DNA from: an uncultured delta proteobacterium
GTDB taxonomy: Bacteria; Desulfobacterota; Binatia; UBA9968
NCBI GenBank assembly: GCA_963816145.1
Contig: CAWFJP010000001.1
Span: forward strand, 224,001-288,000
Direction of reading: 5' to 3'
DNA: 64,000 bases
Numbering within the stretch: the first letter of the stretch is position 1; every line of letters begins with the position of its first letter. Positions 29,126-39,557 of the stretch are shown piece after piece. The notes below the pieces were generated by a model that saw nothing but the letters and a program-made list of their open reading frames with translations, was not told the DNA's origin and did not search any database. The translations under genes and the position numbers were made by a program.

Positions 29126-30457
29126 ATGTCATCCACCGGCTCCCCACTGCTAGAAAACGCATCCCGGCGCGGTCTCAATTTCCCCGGTCTCGTCGCCCTG
29201 ACTTTTTTCTGCGTCGCCGGCGGCGCCTATGGCCTTGAAGATGGCGTCAGTGCCGCCGGGCCACTGGTCATGCTTATGGGTGTAGCGATTCTCCCCTGGC
29301 TCTGGAGCTTGCCGACAGCGCTAATGACCGCGGAACTATCGACCGCCATGCCGGAGGACGGCGGCTATGTCGTTTGGGTCGAAAGGGCCTTCGGCAGATT
29401 CTGGGGCTTTCAGGAAGGCTGGCTCAGCTGGCTGTGCAGCTTCGCCGACAACGCGCTCTATCCGGTAATGTTCGTCGACTATCTCGTTTACCTGCGCGGT
29501 GACATGTCGCCGCTCGAGCGCTGGCTGATCGCCGCGGCGCTCGTCAGCATCATCACCTGGCTCAACATTCGCGGCATTCGCTTGGTCGGCTTGAGTTCCA
29601 TCGTCTTCACCTGCCTCGTACTCGCCCCCTTCGCGGTCATGCTTGTGCTCGGCCTGCCGCAAGTGTCGCCCGCCAACTGGCTGCAACGAACCGCCGGCAC
29701 CGACTGGCCGCTGTTGCTGAGTATCTTGTTATGGAACACCTCGGGGTGGGACAACGCCGGCTGCTGCGCCGGTGAAGTCAGCGCGCCCAATCGCGCCTAT
29801 CCGCGCGCCATGATCCTCACCGTGATTTTGGTCACTGCAGCGTACTTGTTGCCGCTGGCTGTGGGCACCGGGATTGACACCGATTGGCCGCAGTGGAAAG
29901 AGGGTTATTTCCCCAAGATCGCCGCGCAGATCGGCGGCCCATGGCTGGGCACCTGGCTGACAGTCGCGGCGCTGATCAGCGCCGCGGGCATGTTCAGCGC
30001 GTTACTCTGCACCTCGGCGCGGGTCCCCTTCGCCATGGCGCAGCGCGCGATGCTACCGGGGCCGCTGGCCACGACTCATCCGCGCCATGACACGCCCTGG
30101 CGCGCGATTCTCATCAACAGCGCCGGGGTTGCCGTACTTATCCCGTTTTCATTTCAGGAACTGATCGAAGTCGACATGTTTCTCTACGCCGCGGCATTGC
30201 TTTTGGAATTCGCCGCGCTGGTGTGGTTGCGCATCAAGCGACCAGAGATGCCCCGGCCGTATAGAATTCCGTACAGCACCACCGGTGTGACCGCTCTGTG
30301 CATTGCGCCGGTGATACTGTGTCTGCTCAGCATCGCGCTATCGAACCCAGCGACAAAATACGTCGGCCTGGGCGGTATCGCGATCGGCCTGATGGTTTAT
30401 CGCTGGCAAACGCGAGCGACGCCGGCGGCGGAAATCGAAACCGCGCCGATTGCATAA
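29126..30457 (+). CDS. APC superfamily amino acid/polyamine permease
   Basis: About 12 TM helices; GGAYGLED, TAELSTAMPEDGGYVVWV, DNALYPV, PRPYRIP. Confidence 0.88.
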   Translation: MSSTGSPLLENASRRGLNFPGLVALTFFCVAGGAYGLEDGVSAAGPLVMLMGVAILPWLWSLPTALMTAELSTAMPEDGGYVVWVERAFGRFWGFQEGWLSWLCSFADNALYPVMFVDYLVYLRGDMSPLERWLIAAALVSIITWLNIRGIRLVGLSSIVFTCLVLAPFAVMLVLGLPQVSPANWLQRTAGTDWPLLLSILLWNTSGWDNAGCCAGEVSAPNRAYPRAMILTVILVTAAYLLPLAVGTGIDTDWPQWKEGYFPKIAAQIGGPWLGTWLTVAALISAAGMFSALLCTSARVPFAMAQRAMLPGPLATTHPRHDTPWRAILINSAGVAVLIPFSFQELIEVDMFLYAAALLLEFAALVWLRIKRPEMPRPYRIPYSTTGVTALCIAPVILCLLSIALSNPATKYVGLGGIAIGLMVYRWQTRATPAAEIETAPIA

Positions 30458-30502
30458 ATCATTCATACTCAGAGTATTTGCGCTGCGGCATGATCGCCGA
30501 TC

Positions 30503-31099
30503 TCAATCGACCGGCCGGCTAATCCGGCAGCGCGGCGAAATATCTTCGGCAGCGCCGTAGTGGAGATGAATTAAACCCGCTTCTCCGGCAGACGGCGCGA
30601 ACAAGAACAGGTCGGAAAACACGTTGTCGCAAATCGTCGGCAGACTCGGTCCGCCGAGAGCGGCGATAACCCCGGTGACTGTGATATGCCCGACTATGAG
30701 CACCGTCTCGTCCTTGTAACGGCGCACCGCCGCCGCAACTTCTTCGACATTCTCCCGTGCCTTTCCTTCCAGCACCGGAATCACCTGCGGCGTGAGACGT
30801 AGCAATTTTGCCAGCGGTTGGGCGGTATCGCGCGTGCGCCGCCATTGGGTCGTGATAATCCTGGTAATCCCGGCATCGCGCAGCGTTTCGGCGAGCGCTT
30901 GGGCACGGGCTTCACCGGCAGCGACCAGTGGCGGATCCTCTCCCTCCGACTCGCGCTCGGTATGACGCACAAGAAAAACTTGGCGCGGCGCCGTCAGCAA
31001 ATCGCCATCATGAGGGCGCGTCACGGCGCAACTCAGATTGCTCGCGATCACCCAGAGCAGCAGCAGGCGCCGGATAAATTTGATCGGGGAAGACAGCAT
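30503..31099 (-). CDS. Histidine phosphatase (phosphoglycerate mutase-like) family, probably exported
   Basis: FLVRHTE, RTRDTA, LIVGH motifs; hydrophobic N-terminus ending LSC. Confidence 0.75.
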   Translation of the reverse strand: MLSSPIKFIRRLLLLWVIASNLSCAVTRPHDGDLLTAPRQVFLVRHTERESEGEDPPLVAAGEARAQALAETLRDAGITRIITTQWRRTRDTAQPLAKLLRLTPQVIPVLEGKARENVEEVAAAVRRYKDETVLIVGHITVTGVIAALGGPSLPTICDNVFSDLFLFAPSAGEAGLIHLHYGAAEDISPRCRISRPVD

Positions 31100-31140
31100 C
31101 GGTCTTTGAGATCGGGGGAAAGCTGTGAGTACGCCGTATC

Positions 31141-31536
31141 TTACGCAAACTCCGTCGCCTTGCCGCAGTTGGGGCAAGCCCGCCATTCGACTTGAATCGC
31201 GTAGCCGCATTTCGAACAAAGATGGCGCGACATGATGCGCGGCGACGGCTCAGATAGCTGCGGCCCTTCCGCCCAATATACGCCGGTGAACAGACTGGTC
31301 TTGCAGGAGGTCGTTATAGACCGGCCGGAACGATCGACGTAAGTGACATCGTAGTGGCGTTCCCCTTTCTCGAAGAACCAGCCGCGCCCGAAGGGATTCC
31401 AGGTAATCGATACAACCCGGCCCAGCCTCGTCTCGACCTCGTCTTTGATGCGGCCTTTATCAAAAAAATGCATGGCGATGCGTACGCCGATCACGCCAAC
31501 GAGTATCAAGAATCCAACATAATATCTTTGATCCAT
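31141..31536 (-). CDS. Membrane-anchored hypothetical protein with C-terminal zinc ribbon
   Basis: N-terminal TM; CSKCG...CPNCG. Confidence 0.7.
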   Translation of the reverse strand: MDQRYYVGFLILVGVIGVRIAMHFFDKGRIKDEVETRLGRVVSITWNPFGRGWFFEKGERHYDVTYVDRSGRSITTSCKTSLFTGVYWAEGPQLSEPSPRIMSRHLCSKCGYAIQVEWRACPNCGKATEFA

Positions 31537-31615
31537 AGCCCTCGGTCCGGTCAACTACTATCGCCCGCCATTTTCCTATGACAGGGACGATCTCGCAAGT
31601 TACAATTGCCCGAAT

Positions 31616-32614
31616 TCACTGCTTGTAGATCCGGCTGATGAACCCTTCTTTTTCCAACTCCAAAACCAAACTGTCGTCGACGAGATCGTCCACTTTCAGA
31701 TAACTGCCGGGTTTGCGCGAAACGGCGTCCTTCACCTGCACATCCATGCCCTCGCGATTAACCAGCGGCACCTGCTCGAACAACTTAGCGCTGCTTTGAT
31801 AGGCCGCTTCGAGGAATGCTTCGTTGCTATGACGGGTGAACTTCGCCATGATTTTCTTGCTCTCTTCCTTGCGGGTTTTGTAGAAGTGCACTCCATCGAT
31901 GAGCGCCATCAGCAACCGTTTCACCGTATCGCGGCTGCCTTTCAAAAAGGCCTTCGACGCAGTCGGGCACACATAGGGGAAGGGGAAGCCCTTGGGGAAA
32001 TCAGCCGTGCTGGCGAGAATCCGGTGCGGCATCCCTTGGGTGAGATGAATGACACCAGGCGGCGCGGGAAATGCGACGATGCGCCCGGTGCGAAAAGCCG
32101 CCGCTCTTTCGGTCGAACCGCCGACCTGTAGTATCGCCACATCTTTGTCCGGCTCGAGCTTGAGCTCTTTGAGAAACACCCGCGCCGCCACATCGGACGA
32201 ACTGCCGATGCGACTAATGCCGATGCTCTTTCCCTTGAGTTGCTGCGCCGATCGAATCGACTCGTGCACGATCAAGTCGTAAGGCAAGGTATTGATGAAG
32301 CAGCCGACCGCTACCACACCCGCACCCCCGACGGCGGCATTGGCCGTTGCCCCGCCGGAAATGTTGCCGACAGCAACCGAACCGGCGACCACCGCGGAAA
32401 TCGTCGTGGTCGATGACGGAATGTAAACCAGCTCGGCGTCGAGGCCATACTTCTTGTAGAGCTGGCGCTCCTTGGCGATGTACCAGTTGGCATTGGGCGA
32501 ATCGACGGAACTGAAGGCGAGGGAAATTTGCTGCGCGTCTGCGCTCTCCCAGCCAAGATCCAGTGCCAGACAAGCCAGCAGAATCAACGATCCTCGTAGC
32601 TGTATGCGATCCAT
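31616..32614 (-). CDS. NitT/TauT (SsuA/THI5-like) solute-binding protein
   Basis: Signal peptide, YKKYGLDAE, LKGKSIGISRIGSSSD, C-terminal DDSLVLELEKEGFI. Confidence 0.85.
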   Translation of the reverse strand: MDRIQLRGSLILLACLALDLGWESADAQQISLAFSSVDSPNANWYIAKERQLYKKYGLDAELVYIPSSTTTISAVVAGSVAVGNISGGATANAAVGGAGVVAVGCFINTLPYDLIVHESIRSAQQLKGKSIGISRIGSSSDVAARVFLKELKLEPDKDVAILQVGGSTERAAAFRTGRIVAFPAPPGVIHLTQGMPHRILASTADFPKGFPFPYVCPTASKAFLKGSRDTVKRLLMALIDGVHFYKTRKEESKKIMAKFTRHSNEAFLEAAYQSSAKLFEQVPLVNREGMDVQVKDAVSRKPGSYLKVDDLVDDSLVLELEKEGFISRIYKQ

Positions 32615-32803
32615 AATACCCCCTTTAGGTTCGACGGGAACTATTAATTAAATTGCAACTGTCTTGTCGAAACGGAAACAACGAATTCGAATTGCTCGCT
32701 CGTGGATTTTTCCCCAGCTGCGCGCGCCGCAATGGGCACGGTAATCGTCCAGCATTCAGGGGGGCCTCGTCAATTAAGCCAACGACGCAGGTGGCGCGGC
32801 AGA

Positions 32804-33994
32804 TTAGCGCTGTTTCTCAAAACGATAGACGATATAGCTGAGCAATAATGCCGGGGCGAGCCACACATAGCCAAACTCCTCGGCAAACCAAAAGCGCATG
32901 ACGGCATGAACAATGTTGATCGTAAGATAACAAAGCGCAGCCCAAGAGCGGTACCAGGGCAGTTTCGTTTGCTTGATCCAGGCGGCAACTTCGATGAGCG
33001 CCGGAAGAAAAACCACATAATCGTAAGTCCATGCGAAAAAACTCGTCGTCACGGAAACCAGCAGGATTAACGGCAATTCTTCAGACCATTGCCATCTCGC
33101 TCTGTTCCTACGCCAGTAATATATCAGCCAGGCAAACCCGATCACGGTTGGCAGGCTCTGCAGCCAACGATCGCTGCGGCCGAACAATAGCGGAAAAATA
33201 TTTCGCAGTGTCGGCGTCGCCTGGTCGAAGGGCTGGAGGATTCCTTCCAGCTTGTAGAGTTCGAAATATTGACCATAAATGTCCCGGTCAAAATACAGCG
33301 GAACCAGCGCAACTAATAGAAATGACATTAAGGCGCCGAGAGCGATCCGCCAGCGTCCTTCTCGGCAAATCCACAAGCACAGCGCGAGCCAAAATAGGTA
33401 GAGCAGATGCGGCTTGATTGAGACGACCGCTAATGCTGCTCCGGCGGCCAACCATTTCCCTTTCGATTCAAGCACAAGAAACCCGGTGATCCCCGCCAAA
33501 ACCATCGGCGAGATCTGACCGATGATGAGAACAAACACCGTCGGCACAAAACTAAGCGCAACGCCCCACTCGATGCGGCAGGTTGCAGACGAATTTCCGT
33601 AAAGCCGCGCGAGTAGATTGGTACAAACCAAGATTAACAGAAGTTGGACCAGCAGCCAGGCCATCTGGCCGAGAGAATAACTGAGCATACCGAACGGCAG
33701 TGTGAGTGGAAAAGTCCAGGGCGGATTCCACATGATCAGCGCCGTGGACCCAGGCCAGCCAACGGATCGCTGCAACTTCAGCAACTCATTCGGTGAATAA
33801 GGATTTCTCCCGTCGAACAATAAACGACTCGCCGACCAGTATTCGACGAAGTCCCGGACTCCAGATTCGTCGGCTTTCGCGACCATCTGAGCGGACGTAA
33901 TCGATGCACTCACGAGATTAAACAGAACTGCGTTCGCCAAGGTAAAGCAGAGAATGAATATAGCAGTCCGCCAGCGCTTCGTCAGTCTCGCCAT
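32804..33994 (-). CDS. GT-C glycosyltransferase (GT87/DUF2029-like)
   Basis: DFVEYWSA...NPY, WNPPW, GQISP, IKPHL, WTYD; polytopic membrane protein. Confidence 0.75.
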   Translation of the reverse strand: MARLTKRWRTAIFILCFTLANAVLFNLVSASITSAQMVAKADESGVRDFVEYWSASRLLFDGRNPYSPNELLKLQRSVGWPGSTALIMWNPPWTFPLTLPFGMLSYSLGQMAWLLVQLLLILVCTNLLARLYGNSSATCRIEWGVALSFVPTVFVLIIGQISPMVLAGITGFLVLESKGKWLAAGAALAVVSIKPHLLYLFWLALCLWICREGRWRIALGALMSFLLVALVPLYFDRDIYGQYFELYKLEGILQPFDQATPTLRNIFPLLFGRSDRWLQSLPTVIGFAWLIYYWRRNRARWQWSEELPLILLVSVTTSFFAWTYDYVVFLPALIEVAAWIKQTKLPWYRSWAALCYLTINIVHAVMRFWFAEEFGYVWLAPALLLSYIVYRFEKQR

Positions 33995-34094
33995 AGATAG
34001 TGGTTCAAGCGGAAACAACCTTGAGGATTAGTTTTGATTGGTGCGCTTTGCCGATCGAACCGAGGGTCGATAAGCCAGAGTCAGAAACTTTATT

Positions 34095-35867
34095 TCAATT
34101 CTGCTGAATTCCATAGCGGCGCGCGAAAGCGTAGTAAAAAATCGCTACGGTGACGAGAATGGCGGTCCAAATCACGCCGAAGGCGGCGAGCTCGCCGACC
34201 TGAGCGTTTTCCCAAAGTTCGAAGATCGCCACGGACACCACTGGTGTTTGCGGGCTGACAAGCAAGACCGACATGGACAACTCTTTGGCGGACAGGAGGA
34301 AGATAAAAATCCAACCGCCGAGAAACGACGGCGTGATCAGCGGCAGGATGATGCGGCGCATGGAACTGAACCACGACGCGCCGGCAACGTAGGACGCTTC
34401 TTCCAGTTCCTTGTGCAACTGCAACAAACCGGAATGGGTGTAACGGATGCCGTACGGTATGTAGCGCGTGACGAAGGCGATCAGCAATATCCACAATGTT
34501 CCGTACACCGGGATCGGCACGAACAGATAAAAGCGCAGGATCGCCAGTCCCATGACGATGCCGGGAAACAACAACGGCAGCGTCGTCATGAGATCGAGCA
34601 GCCAGCGGCCACGGATCTTGGTGCGCACCAGCAACCAGGATGCGAGCAGGGTCAGCACCATGACGAAGCTAGCGCTGCCGAGACCGAGCAACACGCTGTT
34701 CTTGATCGCATCGGTGATCTTGGGAAAGTGCAGTGCCGTAACGTAATTCTTGAGTGTGAGCTTCGTCAGACCCTCAAGCGACGGCTGCATATAGTAGGGC
34801 AACACCGATGCCCAGAGAATGATCAGAAACGGTAGCACGAGCAAAACTATCGAATAGGTAACCAACCCCGCAGCCGCCAAGTAACGCCAGCGGCCGAGAT
34901 TGATCAGCGTCGGCCGGTACCCTTTGCCGGTCACCGTCTGGTAGCGGTCGCCCTCACGGGTGAGGCGAAAGTAAAAATACAGCGTCGCCGCCACGACGAC
35001 CATCAACAACACCGAGAATGCTCCGGCGCTGCCATATCTGGGCGGCAGCTTTTGCGCGTCGAGATAGATCGAAGTTGTCAGCACGCGAATGTCACCCGGC
35101 AAACCCACCAACGCCGGGATCTCGAACGATTCGAAGGTGCGGATAAAGATCAACAACATGACGGAGAAGAACGCCGGCAGCATCAACCGCAAGGATATCC
35201 GCCGCATCGTCTGCCAGACCCGCGCGCCGCATGCCGCCGAGGCTTCTTCAAGGGACGGATCCATCGAACGAAACGCCGCCGCGAGCATGAGAAAGACAAA
35301 CGGCGACCACAGAAGCGATTCGATCAGAATCATGCCGAACATGGAATAGACGTTGATGACCGGCCCGGTCTGATCGAGCAGGACTTTGAGCCAGTAGTTG
35401 ACCGGTCCCGCCTTGCCAAGCAGCAACAACCAACCGATGGTGTAGAGAATGAAAGGCGTGCCGAACGAAGCAAACGCGGTAAAGTAGCCCAACCAGCGCA
35501 GCGGACTGTCGGTACGAACCACGACCCACGCGATCGAACCACCAAGCAAGGTCGCCAATAACGCGCTGCCGACGGCAAAATAAAAAGTATTGAGAAACGG
35601 ACCGAGGACCTGCAGCTCGCGCACCAGGTCTTCGTAGTAGCGCAGCGTGAACTGATCGATCTCGCCGGTAAGCTTGGTCGTGAACAGACTTGTTTGGATG
35701 ACCGAATAGAGCGGCGGGAGGACCAAATAGCCGGTGATCACCGAAACGCAGATCATCACGACGGCGGGTACGTCGAAACGCGAACCGACAGCCCATGAAA
35801 AACTTTTCTGCGCGTCCTCGCTCTTGAGCGGCAGATCCAAAGATTCGCTGGATTGTGATTTCGCCAT
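34095..35867 (-). CDS. FbpB-type (Fe3+/thiamine class) ABC permease, two fused TM modules
   Basis: Two EAA motifs: DPSLEEASAACGA and KELEEASYVAGA. Confidence 0.88.
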   Translation of the reverse strand: MAKSQSSESLDLPLKSEDAQKSFSWAVGSRFDVPAVVMICVSVITGYLVLPPLYSVIQTSLFTTKLTGEIDQFTLRYYEDLVRELQVLGPFLNTFYFAVGSALLATLLGGSIAWVVVRTDSPLRWLGYFTAFASFGTPFILYTIGWLLLLGKAGPVNYWLKVLLDQTGPVINVYSMFGMILIESLLWSPFVFLMLAAAFRSMDPSLEEASAACGARVWQTMRRISLRLMLPAFFSVMLLIFIRTFESFEIPALVGLPGDIRVLTTSIYLDAQKLPPRYGSAGAFSVLLMVVVAATLYFYFRLTREGDRYQTVTGKGYRPTLINLGRWRYLAAAGLVTYSIVLLVLPFLIILWASVLPYYMQPSLEGLTKLTLKNYVTALHFPKITDAIKNSVLLGLGSASFVMVLTLLASWLLVRTKIRGRWLLDLMTTLPLLFPGIVMGLAILRFYLFVPIPVYGTLWILLIAFVTRYIPYGIRYTHSGLLQLHKELEEASYVAGASWFSSMRRIILPLITPSFLGGWIFIFLLSAKELSMSVLLVSPQTPVVSVAIFELWENAQVGELAAFGVIWTAILVTVAIFYYAFARRYGIQQN

Positions 35868-35879
35868 CGTTGCGTCGCG

Positions 35880-36962
35880 CTACTTCATGAAGACGCTTTC
35901 AAAATATTCCACCCACTCATTACCCTTGTCGAATTGCGTTTCGGGATTGATGTAATAGGCGCGCTTGAACCGCCCACCGCCTGGTTTCAAATCGATTTGT
36001 TTGGCCGGCACCTTGGGATGAGCCGGCAGATAATTCGCCTGTTGGTAAACCTTCTGTCCTTTCTCGGACAGAATGAAATCGATGAGCAGCATGGACGCAT
36101 GGGGACGGGTCGTGTTTTTTCCCAGGCCGATGTTATTGATCGTCGCGGTCGCCGGCTCATGGACCTGCCATTCCACCGGAGCCCCAGCCGACTTGCTGAT
36201 ATACGCATGATGGTTGAAGATCTGCAGCGCCAGCGGATACTCGCCGGCGATGGTTAAATCGAGCACTTGCCGATTGCTCGCCGTACTCTTGGCGATGTTC
36301 TGCGTTTTGAGTTTCTGTAAATAGGCTTTACCGGCTTCCGCGCCCATGGTGTTAAGTATCGTGCCGACAAACATCGGCGCGCCCGAGCCGCGGCTAGTCG
36401 ACCACATCATCTGCCCTTTCCAGCGCGGATTGAGCAGATCTTCGTAGCCCTTCGGCACATCGGCCGGTTTCACCATGCGGGTATTGTATCCGGTGGCGAA
36501 GAAGTACAGGTTGGTCGCGCCCCAGAAACCTTGCGCGTCCCTTAGCTCCGCCGGGTACTCGGCAAACTGCGGCGAGTAAAACCGTTGCAGCAAGCCGGCC
36601 CGTCGCACCATCGTTGGCACCACCGTGCCATCCACCACGTCGTTTTCATAACGTTTGGCTTGGTTCTCGGAAATGATTCTTTGCGCAAGCTGCGCCGAAT
36701 TGGCGCGAAAATACTCCACTTGAACAAACGGATATTCTTTTTCAAAAGCTTCTTTCACCGGCCGCACCACCTGATCGACGATCAGTGTCGTATACCAGGA
36801 GACCTTGCCCTCCTTCCTGGCGCCCTCGACGAGAATTTTTTGCCGGTCGGCGCGGTTCATGAGGGCGATCTCTTCCACGGTCGCGGCACCAGCGCATGGC
36901 ACCAGAACAAAGACGGCCAGGATAGCCAGCGACGATCGTAAGCAGTAAATCGGCAACGTCAT
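35880..36962 (-). CDS. AfuA/FbpA-like extracellular solute-binding protein
   Basis: ARKEGKVSWYT, YNTRMV, DLLNPRWKG, PHASMLLIDFILSEKGQ. Confidence 0.85.
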   Translation of the reverse strand: MTLPIYCLRSSLAILAVFVLVPCAGAATVEEIALMNRADRQKILVEGARKEGKVSWYTTLIVDQVVRPVKEAFEKEYPFVQVEYFRANSAQLAQRIISENQAKRYENDVVDGTVVPTMVRRAGLLQRFYSPQFAEYPAELRDAQGFWGATNLYFFATGYNTRMVKPADVPKGYEDLLNPRWKGQMMWSTSRGSGAPMFVGTILNTMGAEAGKAYLQKLKTQNIAKSTASNRQVLDLTIAGEYPLALQIFNHHAYISKSAGAPVEWQVHEPATATINNIGLGKNTTRPHASMLLIDFILSEKGQKVYQQANYLPAHPKVPAKQIDLKPGGGRFKRAYYINPETQFDKGNEWVEYFESVFMK

Positions 36963-37159
36963 CGCGGCACCTCCTTAGGGCAAGCGAACCGACACATTGC
37001 TAGCGAAGCTAGTCTGACTGGCCTTCGGTTGTCAAGGTAATTGGCCCTGCAAGCACTTGCAGTACACTGGTTATGGAACGAAGTTTTTCTGAAAATAATC
37101 GAGCCTCGGCAGTGAATATCGCCCTGGCCCGAGGGATCAATCGTACTACCGGCAGCCGC

Positions 37160-38236
37160 CTATTTCAAAAAATTCTTCTCGAAGTAATCCACCCAGGAAT
37201 CGCCGTCATTCAATTGCGAATCCGGAGTGTGATAGAGCGCGCGTTTGAAGCGGCCGCCGCCGGGTTTAAGGTCCGCCTGCTTGGCCGGAACCTTGGGATG
37301 GGACGGCAAATAGTTCACCCCTTGGATAACCTTCTGTCCTTCTTCCGACAGAATGAAATCGAGCAAAAGCATCGCGGCGTGGGGATGCGGTGAGCGGGTA
37401 ACCGGCGAGATCGTATTGATGGTCGCCGAAACCGGTTCCAGCGGCGACCACTCCACCGGCGCGCCGGCGGACTTACTAATGTACGCGTGGTGATGAAAAA
37501 TATGCAGCCCCAAGGGATATTCGCCGGCGATGACCAGATCGAGCAGCTGGCGGTTGCTCGCCGTCGTTTTGGCGATGTTTTGGGCTTTTAGTTTTTGCAA
37601 ATAGGCCTTTCCCGCTTCTTGTCCCATGGTCTGAAGTATATCGCCGATCATCATCGGTGCGCCCGAACCGCGGCTGGTCGACCACATCATCTGCCCCTTC
37701 CAGCGCGGGTTGAGCAGGTCCTCATAGGTTTTCGGCACTTCATTGGGCTTAACCATGCGGGTGTTGTAGCCGACGGCGAAATAGTAAACGTTGCTCACGC
37801 CCCAGGCGCCCAGCGGGTCCTTCAACTCAGCCGGATAGTCGGCGAGATGGGGCGAATAGAAACGTTGCAGGTAGCCGCCTTTTCGCACCATCGGCGCGGT
37901 CACTGTGCCGTCCATAATGTCGACTTCGTAACGCTTGCCCTGATACTCGGCAAACATTTTTTGCACGATGCGCTCGGAGTTGCCGCGGAAGTGCTCGATC
38001 TGAATGAACGGATATTTTTTCTCGAAGGCGTCTTTTAAAGGCCGGACGACTTGGTCAACGATCAGCGAGGTGTACCAAGTGATCTTGCCCTCCTTCTTCG
38101 CGCCTTCGAGCAAAACCTTCTGCCGGTCGGGCTTGTTGTAAAGCATAACTTCGTCCACCGTCGCGGCGCCGCAGGTGGTACCGATCCCAATCACGAGAGA
38201 TAAAACCAGCATGCTTAGGTTAATAAAATTATTCAT
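37160..38236 (-). CDS. AfuA/FbpA-like solute-binding protein, close paralog of 35880..36962
   Basis: Shared blocks DLLNPRWKGQMMWSTSRGSGAPM and DLKPGGGRFKRA. Confidence 0.85.
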   Translation of the reverse strand: MNNFINLSMLVLSLVIGIGTTCGAATVDEVMLYNKPDRQKVLLEGAKKEGKITWYTSLIVDQVVRPLKDAFEKKYPFIQIEHFRGNSERIVQKMFAEYQGKRYEVDIMDGTVTAPMVRKGGYLQRFYSPHLADYPAELKDPLGAWGVSNVYYFAVGYNTRMVKPNEVPKTYEDLLNPRWKGQMMWSTSRGSGAPMMIGDILQTMGQEAGKAYLQKLKAQNIAKTTASNRQLLDLVIAGEYPLGLHIFHHHAYISKSAGAPVEWSPLEPVSATINTISPVTRSPHPHAAMLLLDFILSEEGQKVIQGVNYLPSHPKVPAKQADLKPGGGRFKRALYHTPDSQLNDGDSWVDYFEKNFLK

Positions 38237-38270
38237 CGGCTGTCCTCCAGTAGTCATCGCAATGTCCGTG

Positions 38271-38308
38271 TCCGACCTTGAACTTCTGAACCTTGTACCC
38301 TTGAACGT
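38271..38308. repeat. Half element of the TTGAAC-unit repeat family
   Basis: tccgaccttgaacttctgaaccttgtacccttgaacgt; resembles the right arm of 63559-63653. Confidence 0.7.
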
Positions 38309-39427
38309 CTATTTCAGTATCGCCTCGGCGAATTTTCCCGCGGGCACTCTCACTCGGGTGTACTTGTCCTCCAGATGATTGCGCAGCCGATGGTACTCTT
38401 GAACCGTAATTGTGTCCTTCGCCGCGCTGACACCGACTTTATTGAGCCACTTGGTGTCGACATCCAGACGGCGCGAGCCATTCTCCATGATCTTACCGTA
38501 CCAGTCCTGGCCCTCGCGGCTGAGAAACCAATTGACGAAAACTTTAGTGGCGTTGGGATTGGGCGGGCTCTTGATAATGCCGATGACGCCGAAGGAATTA
38601 CTCGCCGGCAGCCCTTCTTTCGGCGCCGGAACCGGCTTGAGCGGCAAGCCCGCGTCGACAAACGGATCGGTCTGACTGCGCCCCAGGCCGAAGGCTATGG
38701 CGACTTTGCCTTTCGCCAGGGCATCGGCGAGCTGGCGCAGATCGCGCGTCAAGAAGAGTTCCTGCTGGACCAATCTTTTGAGAAACTCCTCGCCTTTGAG
38801 CTCCCACATAAACGACCAGATCGATTGGCCAGAACTCGGCACACGCGGATCGCTAAAACCGATCTTACCCTTCCACTTGGGATTCAAGTAATCGTCGAAA
38901 GACTTTAGCTCTTCGGCCTTGGCCAAACTGGTGTTGTACCAGATGCCATGAGTCGCCACATCCGCGAGAAAAGAATATAAAAATTTGTTCGTGCTGACGT
39001 TGTCTTCCCAAATATGGCCGCCCCACCACTGCTTGGCATCCCTCACCTCGGGAAGTACCCAGAACGATTCCATCGGTTCCAGCATGCCGTCATGGGTAAG
39101 ACCCGCCGCCGTGCCGGTGCCGCAAATAATCGCGTCGAAATAATTTACGCCGGCCTTCTTTTCGGCCGCGATGCGGCTGGCGTTTTTCGGTCCCGGCGCT
39201 GCGACCAATTCTGCTTCGATGCCGAATTTCTGTTTCAGCACGGTATCGAGCTCCTTGCGCAGCTCGTTGGACGGCGGAATCGCTATGACGATCTTCGCTT
39301 CTTTCCTGGCCGCCTCCACGGTCTTGTCCCATTCCGACGGCCGTTTCGCTTCGGCTGCGTTGGCCGGATTGCCAACGATAAGAGTCGACGCCACCGCCAA
39401 AACCGCTACAACCTGCCGCAAAATCAT
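38309..39427 (-). CDS. AfuA/FbpA-like solute-binding protein (more divergent)
   Basis: AARKEAKI, YLNPKWKGKI, PNPNATKVFVNWFLSREGQ. Confidence 0.82.
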   Translation of the reverse strand: MILRQVVAVLAVASTLIVGNPANAAEAKRPSEWDKTVEAARKEAKIVIAIPPSNELRKELDTVLKQKFGIEAELVAAPGPKNASRIAAEKKAGVNYFDAIICGTGTAAGLTHDGMLEPMESFWVLPEVRDAKQWWGGHIWEDNVSTNKFLYSFLADVATHGIWYNTSLAKAEELKSFDDYLNPKWKGKIGFSDPRVPSSGQSIWSFMWELKGEEFLKRLVQQELFLTRDLRQLADALAKGKVAIAFGLGRSQTDPFVDAGLPLKPVPAPKEGLPASNSFGVIGIIKSPPNPNATKVFVNWFLSREGQDWYGKIMENGSRRLDVDTKWLNKVGVSAAKDTITVQEYHRLRNHLEDKYTRVRVPAGKFAEAILK

Positions 39428-39557
39428 AAACTCCTCACAACTAATTTCTTTCCGAGAGCTGTAGAGCAAACCTTAAATGGAGTCAAGGTCGAAGCGCGTA
39501 TGCGGCGACGGACAACACCCTTGACACTCGAAGGAGCTGCCGATAGAGCTGCCGCAT

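Noticed and set aside
39521-39557. Leaderless promoter for the hydrolase gene
   Set aside because: TTGACA is present but the -10 (TAGAGC) lacks the conserved final T; too weak to call
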